A stretch of 64,000 nucleotides of DNA, taken from the NCBI RefSeq assembly GCF_964188315.1, contig NC_135667.1:55428001-55492000 (forward strand), given 5' to 3'. Below the pieces are notes generated by a model that was given only the letters and a program-made list of their open reading frames with translations, did no database searches and was not told the DNA's origin. Source of the stretch: Podarcis muralis. Its lineage: Eukaryota. Each line of letters opens with the position of its first letter. The stretch's first letter is position 1. The translations under genes were made by a program, and so were the position numbers. Below, piece by piece: positions 23,978-36,643 of the stretch.

Positions 23978-24429
23978 GTAAGATTGGGTTTACTTGACTA
24001 AAAATTACAGAGGTTGATTCTCATTTGCACTTTACATGGGGGAGCGATCCTTTAGATTGGAAAGTTTTCTAGGTTTTTAATATGTGTACGATGAAAGGAA
24101 AATGTTATTGAATGAAATGTACTTGTTTTTTAATCCTCATTCTTTTCATAAAAAGCATTAAAGATAATAAAATTATTATTTTAAAATTGCCTTTTAAATA
24201 TGGGGAGGAATATCGTCTATGAAATATTGGTGGCATATAAGGCAATTGTGTTATAAAGAGCCTAACACTAGGCTGCTTCGTTCTGGAGGTAAAGGTTGGA
24301 AAGCACATTTCTGAAAAATGAAACTCACCCAAAGAAACACAGGAAATTAATTGTACAAGTGCACGATGAAGAATAACGAGCCAAGCGGCATTGATTCTGA
24401 CCCTGTGGGGTTAGCAGCCACCAGTTCTA

Positions 24430-25385
24430 CGTGGCTGCTCTCAGTCTCTGGGAGCTTGCGACCAAGAACATGCGATCAGGGCTAGTAAACGGGCTTTTGC
24501 GAGGGTGTTTAGTGAGCTGGCTTGAGGGGAAGCCTGGAGTGCTAGGACACAAGTGTATGCAGGAGCAAGAGACCTGGGCAGTGACTTGGAACACCTGTGC
24601 CATGTTTGTTTTCCTGCCTGAGGGTGTATGAAGTTACACCTGCAGCAAATGTAAGCTGGTTGCCTTGCTGGAAGAGAAGGTTCAGCAACTTGAGGCCCAC
24701 CTCTCCGGGCGTAGAGTCATCAGAGGAAGATATTCGAGATGGAGCAAAGCAGACTGTCCTGGATTAGTGATGCTGTGGGGGTTAGGGCACCCTTAGAGAG
24801 GAGGAAGATCACTAAATGCAGGAAGCAAACCCCTGGAGGAATGTGACACACAGAAGCAGGACTGTCAAGAAACGTGTCTTTGGGGCGGTACAACTGATTC
24901 CAGGCCCTCCCCTTGGACTCTTAATTCTGGGCCACAGGAACAAGGACAGCAGTTGCAGGTCTCAGAACATACACAGATGGCTAGAGAAGGAGCAGTATAA
25001 AGAAGCATTCCTGCCACTGCCCAGAGGAGGATGTGATGTGTTGTGGTGGCAGGTGACTCCTCTACTGATGAGACAGAGGTTGCAGTGTGCAGGTGTAACA
25101 AGACGCCCCAGGAGGTGTGCTGTCTTCCACTTGCAAAGATTCAAGATGTGACAGAGAAGTTACCAAGTCTTATAAAGCCCATTGACCATTACACCTCCCT
25201 CCCTCCCTTGTATCCCATGTGGGTACAAATGATACCACCAGACGCAGCCTTCAGCATATATGGGACTCTGAGACTATGGGTAGGGAAGCTGAAGGCACTT
25301 TGGGCACAGGTGGTTATTTCCTCACTCCTTCCTGTTGAGTGATGGCCCTCAACAGGACGACCCAGGAAGAAAGAGGAAAATACTG
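24430..25385 (+). mobile_element. Degenerate CR1 LINE 5' part (ORF1 zinc finger plus esterase domain)
   Basis: Fragments TCAMFVFLPE, CSKCKLVALLEEKVQQLEA and VAGDS...EVCCLPLAKIQDVTEKL...LKALWAQVVISSLLPV match CR1 ORF1; frameshifted. Confidence 0.8.
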
Positions 25386-25391
25386 GAAGTA

Positions 25392-25464
25392 AGACAGGAG
25401 TGCCTGGCGTGCTCTGGTCCATGGGGTCACGAAGAGTCGGACACGACTAAACAACAACAACAAA
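25392..25464 (+). mobile_element. BovB (RTE) LINE extreme 3' end with (CAA)n tail
   Basis: gacaggagtgcctggcgtgctctggtccatggggtcacgaagagtcggacacgactaaacaacaacaac matches the recalled BovB terminus. Confidence 0.8.
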
Positions 25465-26629
25465 AACAACTGGCTGTGCAGATGGTGTTGGGGAAATATT
25501 GGCTTCTTTGACCATGGTTCTCACTTCCATGAAGAAAGACGTCTGGCAAGAGATGGGTTGCACCTCCTAGAGGTTGGCAAGAATGTGAATTAAATTAGAA
25601 TTAAATTTAGGTTTGTTTCATAATCAAATGCCCAGCCAAACACTATTTTCTCCCATCAACTTGTTCTAATCAGATAGTTGAGGGGCAGAGTCCTTTGCCC
25701 CATTGTCAAGAACAGGAAGACTTTGCAGAGGGTAACTATGCAACTCAGTCATAACTTTTGATAACAGCAGCCTAGCAACTGGGATTTATAAACAGCAGCT
25801 GGAAAACACATTTCTTTCACCATTTTGCTGAATTATTTGTTTTTAAGGCAGGGAACCTGGCACTCATTTTACATGTTTGTTTTTAAAAACATGAACGTCT
25901 TTCTCAAAAGCTGATAATACAAATATTCAAATGTGAATGGGGAACTTAATCTTGGAGGTTTGCCCTGTGCAGATGTTGAGGGAAAACACAGAGCTTTATC
26001 TTCTTGGGATGAGGAATGATCTCAACGGTAGCTGTGTTTAACAAAGAGATCTATAATGACCAGTAAACATAATCCAAACAATTGAATAACTGAACAGGGA
26101 AACTTTTCAGGGGAGGAAAAGACATAGGCTTTCAAATCTGTTAATTTCCCCCTCCCTTCTTTGGAATCTAGTGGTTTGGCCAAAGACAAAACTGAATTTT
26201 GCAATTAGGAAAAGCAATCAGGAAAAAAAACTAAATAATAATTAGTATGCAAACATTTGTATCCCCCCCATGATGTTTATGCTTGCCAGTTCCCAGACTG
26301 AAAGTTGGAAATCTGTCAGGCTGGGTTGCTGCACTGCCCACCCAGTGTTGCCTGCCTCAAGATTTGATTTTTTTAAAACCAGAAGATTATGCAGCTGAAG
26401 TCTACAGAGAACTAGAGAAGTCTGCTAGTGTTCCTGAGCAAAGTGACTATTCATAGAAAAGGAGCATAAGCCCCTTTGCTAAATAAGTGTAAGGGCTGCG
26501 CCACCACGCAGGAAGAAGCCAAGACCCTGGCAAAGGCCATGCGCTTGTGCGGCATGTAGCTATGTCTGTGTATGTGGGACAGCGCCCTATACTCAGGGCA
26601 GGTCTCAGGGCGCTTCACGACCTAAAATG

Positions 26630-27500
26630 ACACTATAAAAAGCAACCTCCTTGGGCCTCATGGCTGGAGAGACTGGAGACGCTCCGGGACGCAGCCACCT
26701 GCCGCCCGCGGGGAGCGCGCTCGGGGCCGAGCTCCCCTGCCCGCCGGGGGCCGCGGGAGGGCGCGCCGAGGGCCACGGCAGGCGCCTGGCTGGGCGGAGT
26801 CCCGCGTCCGCCCCTCGACGGCCCTTCGCCAATGCCGGGCGCGCAGGGCGGAGCCGGCCGGCCGCCTCAGAGCCGCGCTCGCCGCGCCTCGCTCAGCCGC
26901 CGCTGCTGCCGCGGACGCTTCTTCTGCCGGGGGCTCCGCGCGCCCGGGGCCGAGAGGGGGCAGCGCGGACGGGCAGGAGCCGAGCGGAGCGGAGCCCGTC
27001 CGAGCGGGGAGGTAAGCGGGGCGAGGAGCGGGGCTTGGCGGGGCTGCGCGCCTCAGGCAGCGGCGCCTTCCCAGGAGCGCCCGCCAGTTCCGGGTCCCCG
27101 GGGGCCTTTTTTGGGCAGCCGGCCCTCCGGAGCTCCGCGCCCGGCCGCTGAAGGCTGCCGAGTCCGACCGGCGGGAGGGCGGGAGAGGCGCCGGCAGCCC
27201 CAGCGCGCGCGGGTTGCGCCGGCTGCCGCCTCTGGGCGCCCGCGCCTGGGAAGGCGCTGCTGGCTGGCCGCCTCCCGGGCTGCAAAGCGAAAGCGCAGAG
27301 GCATGCCAGGCGGAGGAGGAGGGAGACGGCGCTTTCCCCTCCTGAAGTTGGCGTCTAAACATTGCCGGGCTTTGCTCTTGCCCTCTTCGAAGAGAGATCC
27401 CGGCTGCCGGCTCGCTGCTGCTGCTGCTGTATTTAAGCCCAAGCTCTCGGAGCTCGTGGAGCGGTCGAAACCAACAGGCGCCTGCATGCGAGGAGCACAC
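26630..27500 (+). promoter_or_regulatory. TPPP: TPPP CpG island / promoter
   Basis: Very high GC and CpG; GC boxes (gggcgg ~26792, ~26848); TATAAAA at 26634-26640; followed by a donor and a 14.9-kb intron to the TPPP coding exon. Confidence 0.8.
26870..27011 (+). other. TPPP: Putative non-coding exon 1 of TPPP (5' boundary approximate)
   Basis: Donor gag|gtaagc at 27012 inside the CpG island; the coding exon has only 4 nt before the ATG, so an upstream exon is required. Confidence 0.6.
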
Positions 27501-30500
27501 AGAGAGATGGCATTCTTTGAAATTGCAGGAGCCTTCTTGCATTTAAAGGGACGGATCCCTTTGGACCTCCTGCTCGGAGATGTGCACCCTTCTGCTCTAA
27601 TAGATCTTGCTTTAAAAAGCGGACTCCCTTTCTGCCCCTCAAGCCCAGAGAAATCTGAAAGATTTTGCTGGCAAATAAACAGCATCTTCCTGCAAACAGA
27701 AGCTGCACACCTACACGAGGGGGGGGGGTGGACGGTGGCGCCTGGGGGTGTGTGTGGATGTGATGGGGGAATATTTAGGTTTTTCCTAGTTATGGCTTCT
27801 AGATTTTTCTGGTGTTTTTCTAGGTGCTTCAGTGTTACGTAATAGATCTTGAAAACTGGAGTCTGTGTCAGACTCGCTGAGGACCCCCTTCTCTTTCCCC
27901 TTCCATTGCAGTGTTTATCTTTCATTTTCTGGGGAAGAAGGTTCCTGAGAAGCAATAGCTGGGTGGCGGCAGCAGCAGCAATTGAGGATCCTTATGCATC
28001 TGTTTCACAAGGGAGAATAAATTATGCACCTTCCCTGGAGGTAGCAGGTGCAATGGAAATGATTCCCACTGGATCCTTCGGTTCCACTTTCCGATTTCAT
28101 TCCCGCCAGAGGGAGAACAATATTTACTCATTTCCTCAGCATGTTGCTGTCTGTGCACAACACCTGATCTGGGCTGCAATCCTCAGACCTGGCCATTTCA
28201 GAGCAAGCCCCTTGCGCCCGTCAGGAAGATTGCAGAGAGAGGGAGCTGGAGGGCTGGGACAAACCCCCAAAGCACAGGGGCTCAGGTGGTCTTGTGTCCT
28301 CTGCAGGCGGGGGGGGGGGCAAGATCTGTTAGCACACAGTCTCCTCAGGGATGGCCCAGGCCCCTTCCCTGAATTTTCCACTTTCATTCTTTTACAGCCT
28401 TTTGATTTACACAAGTCAATAGATGGGAAAGGCAGGCAGGCAGGATTCTACCTTGTTATACGGTAACACTTCTGCCTTCTGCCTTCTAGTATGCTGACCA
28501 GTGAGGACAAAAGCACTGAGGTGACTGGAACTATATCTTAGTAAATAACTGTAAAGGGTAAATATATCTTGTGTTTTGATGTGTCATGCCCTATCTGGGT
28601 GTTCAGAACCACATCACAGGAAGTGTGTGAGGGGGGGGGCTGCGCATGTCTGCACTGTGTCCCAGCAACCGCCTCCCCCCAAAGTGCTGTCTGTGTCTTC
28701 AGTGAGCAGCCATGTTGGGTCTGACCCTCTGACTTAGAGGATCTTTTTACAAGTAAAATAAATGATGGCTTGTTGCGGTTATCTGGGTGCTAAGGAGAGG
28801 CACTCTGCACAAGCTCAGAATCTTTTTTTATTATTTCAGGACAGTTGCAGCACTGGAAAACCTCTGGAGATTAGATTATTTTTATTCTGCCTGTTACAGT
28901 TTTGGCCTGGTTCTTGCTAAGGTGGCGAAACCTGTGCCTGAAGGGTACCATTTTATAGTGTAGGTGGAGGCTCGTTTAAGGAATGCATTACCTGCACATA
29001 GAAAACTGGTATATCAAGGAGAAGACTAGCCTAGAGCCCTTCTCTCGTTGGCATGTTGGTTTTCTGTGTGCTATTAACCACCTGCTTGGTTTGGTCATAG
29101 GGAAAGAAGAGCAGTTTCTCAGAACCTTGTAAAATTGAAAACTTTGCAATCGATGAATCTATTACTAGGGAGATCTAAGTAACCAAAATTACATTCTTAT
29201 GCCATTTCCATATGATCTTAATACAGATTAGTTTTTGTCTACATGGACAAAGTGGTTCCTCCACTCTTTCAAATGACACTCAAGTGTGGTAGTTCTGAGT
29301 TCTATTGTCTATTGTGTCCGGAGACAATAGTTATTTCAGAGAGCTGAAGAGTGATCTAAGATAGGCATCATTGCCAATGGTGTGCATGCTCATCCCACTG
29401 TAATATCTCTTCATAGGTTTGTAGCTTTGGGGGGGGGGGTAATTCAGAAACCTACAAACTCTTTTTAACCAGAGACAACACTGGGTGCTTCCATGCTATA
29501 TGTACTAACCTTTAATAATGTATCCCATGAAGCCTTCATCCAATCATTGTCTTCCTGCATTTTCCCATGGTGCTTCCACCTTTTCCCAGGCAGAAGAAGG
29601 TCCTCCTTTTCCCAGAATGGAAGAGTTTGTGCTGTCTACACAGTTCTGGATGCCTTCAGTGTTACTCCTCCATATTTTTAGAAGCGGGGTGACACATCCA
29701 GAAAGGGGGCCTATTGCTGCTCAGCACACATTCATAATAGGATTTCTGGCAGGTGCCATTTCATGACCGTATCTAACTAGGCCTAAACGCATGCCTCTCT
29801 GGTCTCTTTAAATGAATGAGAAAAACCGTAATGCCTTCACATTATGGTAGTGCACTTGTGTACGTGAGTTTATTGTGGGTTTGTTGCCACTCATGCTTGC
29901 AATTTAGTTTTTGCAGCATCTCTATGATGTCCTGCTCATCAAAATGCCACCCCACATCTCCTCCCTTTAATTCAGATTTATCATTTCTGCCGGTTGTTTT
30001 TTTAAAATGTATTAGGTATTCCTCAGATTTCAATGGGGAAGAAAATGGGGTGCCATTTTGGTGAGGGTGATACTGTGTGGACACTGCAAACAAACACGAC
30101 TCCATAGTAGTGATGAATCAACAATAAACTCACATAGCTGTATTCTTATTCTTATTTAAATTATTTATTACATGCTCTTGGGTCCATAGCTCCATCAGCG
30201 TTGGTGCTGAGTCTCAGTGCCACTATAGAGAATGCCCTCTCATGTCACCTCGTACTGTATCTCAGGGGATAGAGGTGCAAGCTTTCAATCTCCTCCTCTG
30301 GCCAGCAAAATATGACAAACAGCACATGCAAGCTTGTTAATGTGGTGGGAATCCATAATCTCCCTGAAAAACTGATCCATAGGCCCAGGAGCTGCTTACC
30401 CACAACTCTCCTCATCCCTGGCCGTTGTCCATGCTTGCTGGGCAGCAACATCTGAAGAGGCAACTTAAGTACTGGCACTTAGTGAGACCATATGAATGTT

Positions 30501-33500
30501 TGGGCTCACACCCGCTTTGCCCTGCCCAGTCCTTTTTGCTGGTGCGCTGCGCTGTACCAAGGTTGGGCTTGGCTCGTCATCCAACTAGGATTCGTGGTTA
30601 AGTTCTCTCCTCACTAATCGCAAGCAAGAACAAACATTCACGAAACTGTACAGCAGCAAAAAGGACTGGGCAGGAGCAAAGGGCCCGCAAGCTCCTCTCC
30701 AGGAGTCCTCATGCGCCTGTGATCTTGCTAAGCTGCAGTTTGGTGGAGCTCAATGTGCAAAACAGGCCACAGAGTAGCTATAAGAGGAGAGATGCCCACC
30801 TTGGCTGCTTTGAGCTTTATGGTGGTTACCTGGAACATTATTCTTCGCTTGCTAGGACTATGCAAACTACCGTTTTGCTTTGAAGTGCTCGAAATGAGTT
30901 TTTGCAGGAGCCGAACAAGCGTTGCCTGGAACCAAACACAGGGTGTTAGCTCTCTACCTGAAGATATTTTGTGCTCTGTTATCTCAGCCTCAGAAAGGCA
31001 CCCAGCTAGAGAGGATGGTTATGTAGGAGGGGAGAAGTGAGGCAGCATGTGAGCATGAGACATGTACAAACAAAATTGTTTAGAGAAAGCTGTCATGACG
31101 AGTTCTCCCGAGAGCAGGGAGCCACCTACCTGCCCATCAGCCGATATAGAAATAACGTCTGATGACTTTCGTGTCTTGCATAGTGCTCTATGAGACCCTC
31201 TGAAGAAGCCCCTTTCAAAGCACGGCAGAAGATAGAACTCTGAAAGGGGCTTCCCAAATCCCACCCCTTAATTGCAGTCTCTTCCTAAGTCCCTTTCCAT
31301 CTTTGCCAGCACTTTGAAAGGGACTTAAGCAAGACCTGACAATCAGCTGATCCGAGAGAATCCACTCTCCATTTCTCCCCCTTGTTTTGTGTCTCTGTGC
31401 GCATTTCCCCCCTCATTGGTTATCTTGGTGCTGAGATTTGCTAGCATAGGTAGATGGCTGAATATGTAATTAGGATTGGTGTCTTGAACTGCAAAACACG
31501 GCTTGCATATTCTGCATCCCACTGCAGCTCAGTGCACCATTTGATTCCTATTTTCTGTAAAGTCCTGAAACATTTAACACTATCCTATATTAGAATGCTA
31601 ACAGTAGCAGTTTGGAGACTGAGGTCACATTTACCCCTGTGATATTGGTATCTATCACAGGATAGATGATCTGTACAGTACTGTTGCTTGCCCTCAGGCT
31701 TGCAAATAACCACTAGCCTGCTTGCCTGCTGGAGTGAAATAATATTTTCCAGCCAACCAGGTTGGAAAGCTTTTGCAAATGAGAGGGCAGTTTATTCTTC
31801 TTCTATTTCGGGCTGTCAGGTGTGCATGAGCTGGTGTGCTAGGAAAGCTGCTTTGTGCCTTTGCATTTACTCCTGAGAAGAGATGCAGGCCTTTGCTATG
31901 TTTTGCTCTACCTTGGTCTGACCATTGGAGTTGTTTTATATGTCATCATCAGCAACATTTCTGTTCCTCCAAGCAGCTGAGAATATATGGTCAGGTCAGC
32001 TGATTTATTTAGGCAGTTTGAGCTTCTTTCCTCTTGCCTTCAGAATAATTCCTGTGCGTTTTGGAAAGAGGCCCGTAAAGTCCATATAGCAAATGATGCT
32101 GCCATTTTTACTCTTATTTGCAGTGTACTTTTTAAATTAATGTGCTTTATGTATTATTAGCTTGTTCTATCTGAAAGATACTTTTTATAGGCATTTATCA
32201 GCATAGATACTGTATGGTGGAGTTTATGTAGGCTGATTTTTTTCTATTTAAAAAAACAACAACATTTAACCTGAAATTGATTCCACAGATTTTGCATGTA
32301 AATGTGTAATATAATTTCAAGTTTTAAACAACATTTCCATTTCCATTTTGTTGGAGGCCTATGGGGAATGTGTAGCATTTGAACAGTAAGTTACTTATTT
32401 TAATTTTCTAAGAATTTCTGTTACAAAAATGAGAGAAGACTGGCCAGTTTTTCAAGGAGTCCTGTAGCACCTTGAAGAGTGAACATTTTTTTGTGGCATA
32501 ATAGTTTTATGTTTTCTACTTGTAGGGTAGAGTCTACTTCTTAGATGCAGCTTTTTCCAAGCTGAATCAATGAAGCTTCTGACTGTGGTTTATTTTTGAT
32601 CAGAATTCACCACAAGACCACATTTTAGGCATGTTGGCTCCTTGGTTTAGGATAGTGACTTGTTTCCTATTTCCTTCAACAGCCTTCATGACAAAAAATC
32701 TGACCTGATTTTGCTAAAACAAGAAACACTACTTTGCTCTTAATGCCTAATGAAAAAACCCAAAATTTGGCAAGATAAAAAGTTTATGTGCATTGTTCAT
32801 TAACACTTCCATAAGCTCAAAAATGTTGGGGTTTTTTAATTTTAAAAAATGAACAAAGGTTCACAAGGGCGGGTTGTGGAAATGCTTGTGTGTGAAATCA
32901 TATGAATCACCTGAAAACTACATGGATTGGTAGGGTAGCAAGCTAGCTAGGCCAAATCCTTATTCCATTTGCAGACAGGAGATACAGAAGAGCCCTAGTG
33001 ACCACAGTAAAGCTGAGGTCCAGTTCACACATTGTGGTTTTTCTGGTGTACACCTAAGATGCTCAGAGTGTGCACCTATTGCCTGATGTGTTTCTGCAGA
33101 CACATATGTTATACATTTGTCAGATTGCAGCTCCCTTTTGAGCGGCAAATCCAGGTTTGTTTCTTTGTCAGGCATGAAGCTACCTTGAGTGTCCCTATCG
33201 GACTTCCAGACATAGATACCAAACAAATGCCACATCCACTGGGACTGTAAACATCAACTATTCAGCAGGTTGGATTCTGACAACCAGTATTCTTATCCAG
33301 TGGCAACTGGTCACAGAGCTCATGCAGTTGAACCCATGAAGAATTTTGGCCTCCACCAAAGAATGGCTCCCTTCACTCTTGCTTGCAACAGCCGTGCTCA
33401 GCCCAGAGTGAGAGAAACACCCCAGCAGAGGCAGTCTTCCCTTAAGACTATAGGAACTTCTTTGCTGGATCACATCAAGGTGCAGCTTTGAAAAGAGTTC

Positions 33501-34436
33501 TGCTTTCAGCAGTGCCCAGATGTCTAGATGCTCACAAGCAAGGCATGGCCTCCACTTATTGCTTGCCTTCAGTATCACCCCTGAAGATAAGTCAGGCATG
33601 TCCACTTTCAACTTGTGTCCGGCCCTGGCAGCTGCAAGAACAAACTGGGATAACAGACTGACAGCACTAGCTGGGTTTGGATTGCAGGGACCAGACCTGA
33701 GAGACATCAGCCTTGGGTCATCTGGAAGGGCCAAATAGTCCATCAGCTGATAGGCCACCAAACCATTAGAAACCTTTCCCCATCTGACATTGTCCCACAA
33801 TGTGGGAAAACTGACTTGTCCCTTGGAAAGCTGGTTCTTCACTCCGGGTTCACCCCAAGGCAATCTTGTCAAGCTTGCAATCTTGTCAAGCTTCACCAAA
33901 AATTAAATTTGGGTATCAGGTCTTTTTTCAGCCCAAACTCACTGGAACTCAGTTTGGCACCTTTCAGAGGAAATGGGAGGCAGTCGTGGTGAGTTCTGGC
34001 ACCTCTTTTTCTAGAAAAATAGCACTAGATTTCAGAATTTTATGGTTCCTAGCCCCCCACCCCAGCTCCACAATTAGAAAAAGGCTTGCAAACAGGCACT
34101 TGCCTGGTCACCTGTGGTGAGTAAGGATCAGTGGCAAGTACATGATCAGGCAGGGAAGTGCTGCAGATATTGGTGGCTCTTCTTCTTCAGGCTGATTAAG
34201 GTAATCACACTTCAGCTTTGTGTTCATTTCCACCTCAGTGTTGAAATGAGATAGAGCACAACTGTTTAATTAACTTGTAACAATATTCCATAGAACTGAA
34301 TTTAACAAGGTGGGGACGGAGTGGGGGATTAAACGGTCAGATTGCAGAAATTTAATAGAGCCAGGAAAGTGAAATTGACACCCTGAAATCTCTCTCTGAT
34401 GTCTTCAAGCAGTCACCACCTCTTCAATTTGCCTCT

Positions 34437-34437
<1 letters not shown>

Positions 34438-34476
<39 letters not shown>
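34438..34476. repeat. (CA)n microsatellite
   Basis: About 19 perfect units. Confidence 0.95.
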
Positions 34477-34477
<1 letters not shown>

Positions 34478-35419
34478 CGCAGCAGCTGTGCAGCACCCTA
34501 GAGCTGTACAGGGCAGCTGTTCAGAGCTCACTAAAAGAAACAGTGATCCTTTATCAGTGCTAATGTTTACTACGAGACCCAGGGATGCGTTTAAAGGCAT
34601 CCATGTAAATGCTGATCCTTTGTGACACCATTTGGCTGCAACAGAGGATGATGGCATGGCTGCTCTGCACTAGTCCAGGGCGCACACAGCATCTACTTTC
34701 ATGCAGGATTTTCAAGCAAATCCTGAAGGCCTTTTGCTGGTTCCTTTCTGATTTGCCATCTAATAAAAACCAAAAACAGATTATGTCCAGTTTCGGCAAT
34801 GCCTTTATATCTGGAAGCTCTTTGGGGGCCTGTGTTCATACAGAATGAGTGGCCCATGGTAAAAAGGTCAGCCTTCCCTCTTGGACCTGGGCAGAGTTCA
34901 CTTACTGCTCCATTCGTCTGCTGCCATTCCTCCAAGGAGCATGCACATTTCCCCCCTTTCATTCTCACAACAACCCTGCGAGGTCGGTTAGGCTGAGACA
35001 AAGTGACAAACTCAGCTTTACTAGCAAGTGACATGGTTAAGCCAAGATCTTAATCCTGCAGCAGCAGGGCTTCCTCCTCACTGGCCTGCAGTAGCTCGCA
35101 GGATCTTTCAGGTTGTTTCTTATTGAGCAAATGTCAGATTCTTTGCCTTATAGGCACTTAGGCCTTTGGCATGTTTTGTGTGGTGCTATTTGCTAACCTC
35201 ACGGACAGAAAGTTTATTCAGACCAATCTCGGATGGACCACAGTTTTATTTGCACAGATCAACCGATCCTTTTCCCTTGCATGAAGCACCTCTGTTAACA
35301 CCACATAGGTAGCTCTCAGAGTACTTTGGGATGTTTAGCCGGATACGGCAATGGGAACGTGCAGTCACACACACAAAGTCCCACAAGCTTCAGTCTTGTC
35401 TCCGACGTTTAGCATCTCT

Positions 35420-35900
35420 GTGATGCTTCTGGGTGGCGGGGTCAGGGCAGAAATGGGGGGGGGAGTGTTACCAATATGCAAATGACCCCCAGCTTTATGC
35501 CAGCATTTCATCAGAATTAGGAGATGCTGTTGAAGTGCTGGACCAGCATCTGGTCTCAGTTATGGGCTGGATGAGGGTCAGTAAGCTGAAAGTAAATCCC
35601 AGGAAGTCTGAGGTTCTGTGGATCTGTGGTTTGTAGGTTTGGGAATTAGGGAGTTGGCCACTTCTGGATGGAATGGTGCTTTACCTGAAGGACCAAGTTT
35701 GCAGCTTGAGAGCGCACCTTGATTCCACATTATTGCTGGAGGAATACCCCTGCCCATTTCCAGCTGGTCTGTCCATCTATGGTCATTCCTGGACTAGAAC
35801 ATCTTGACCTCAGGTACCCATGCACTAATATCCTCCAAATTTGATCACTGCAATGTGCTTTACGTGGACTGCCCTTTCTGGCTGCTTGACAATGTGAGAC
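35420..35900 (+). mobile_element. Degenerate L2 reverse-transcriptase fragment
   Basis: QYANDPQLY...VMGWMRVSKLKVNPRKSEVL resembles YADDTQLY...WM..NKLKLNPDKTEVL. Confidence 0.75.
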
Positions 35901-36401
35901 AGGGCCTTGTTAGGGGTGGCCCCCTGGTTATGAAACCATGACCTCATTTAGCACAAGATGAAAACTGTTTTGTTTACCCAGGCCTTTGAAATGTAATCAG
36001 CCTTACTGCTGACAGTATTACTAGGAACATAGTCAGCTGCCTCCTGTAGACCATTGCTCTATTTAGCACAGTTTTGTCCATACTGAGTGACAGCGGCTCT
36101 CCAGAATTTCTGACTGGGTTTCCCCCCTGTGCTGCCCAGAAATGCCTAGGGTGGAACTGTGTGTAAAGTAGATGCTCTACCATTGAGCTATGGCACTTCC
36201 CATCCTGCATGTTGTTTTTGTGCTAATGCTAGTTTGTATTGTTGTGCTGTGTTACTTTGTGCAACCGTTGGGAGAAAGGGTGGGAAATAAATACATCTCT
36301 TGCAAAGCAGATATAGTTTCATAGTTGTTTTTTGCAGTGTAGGGGAAAGCATGTTATGTAGCATTTTTTTATTTTTGATTACTCTCTGCAAATGTCTTAT
36401 A

Positions 36402-36643
36402 CAGTGGTACCTCGGGTTAAGTACTTAATTTGTTCTGGAGGTCCGTTCTTAACCTGAAACTGTTCTTAACCTGAAGCACCACTTTAGCTAATGGGGCCTC
36501 CTGCTGCTGCCGCGCTGCCGGAGCACGATTTCTGTTCTCATCCTGAAGCAAAGTTCTTAACCTGAAGCACTATTTCTGGGTTAGCGGAGTGTGTAACCTG
36601 AAGCGTATGTAACCTGAAGCGTATGTAACCTGAGGTACCACTG
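36402..36643 (+). mobile_element. Family A MITE, 242 bp
   Basis: CAGTGGTACCTC...GAGGTACCACTG TIRs, TA TSD. Confidence 0.92.

Noticed and set aside
26651-27955. Overlapping 130-336 aa ORFs on both strands
   Set aside because: They coincide with the CpG island, where stop codons are depleted; the translations are low-complexity Ala/Arg/Gly/Pro with no recognisable domain.
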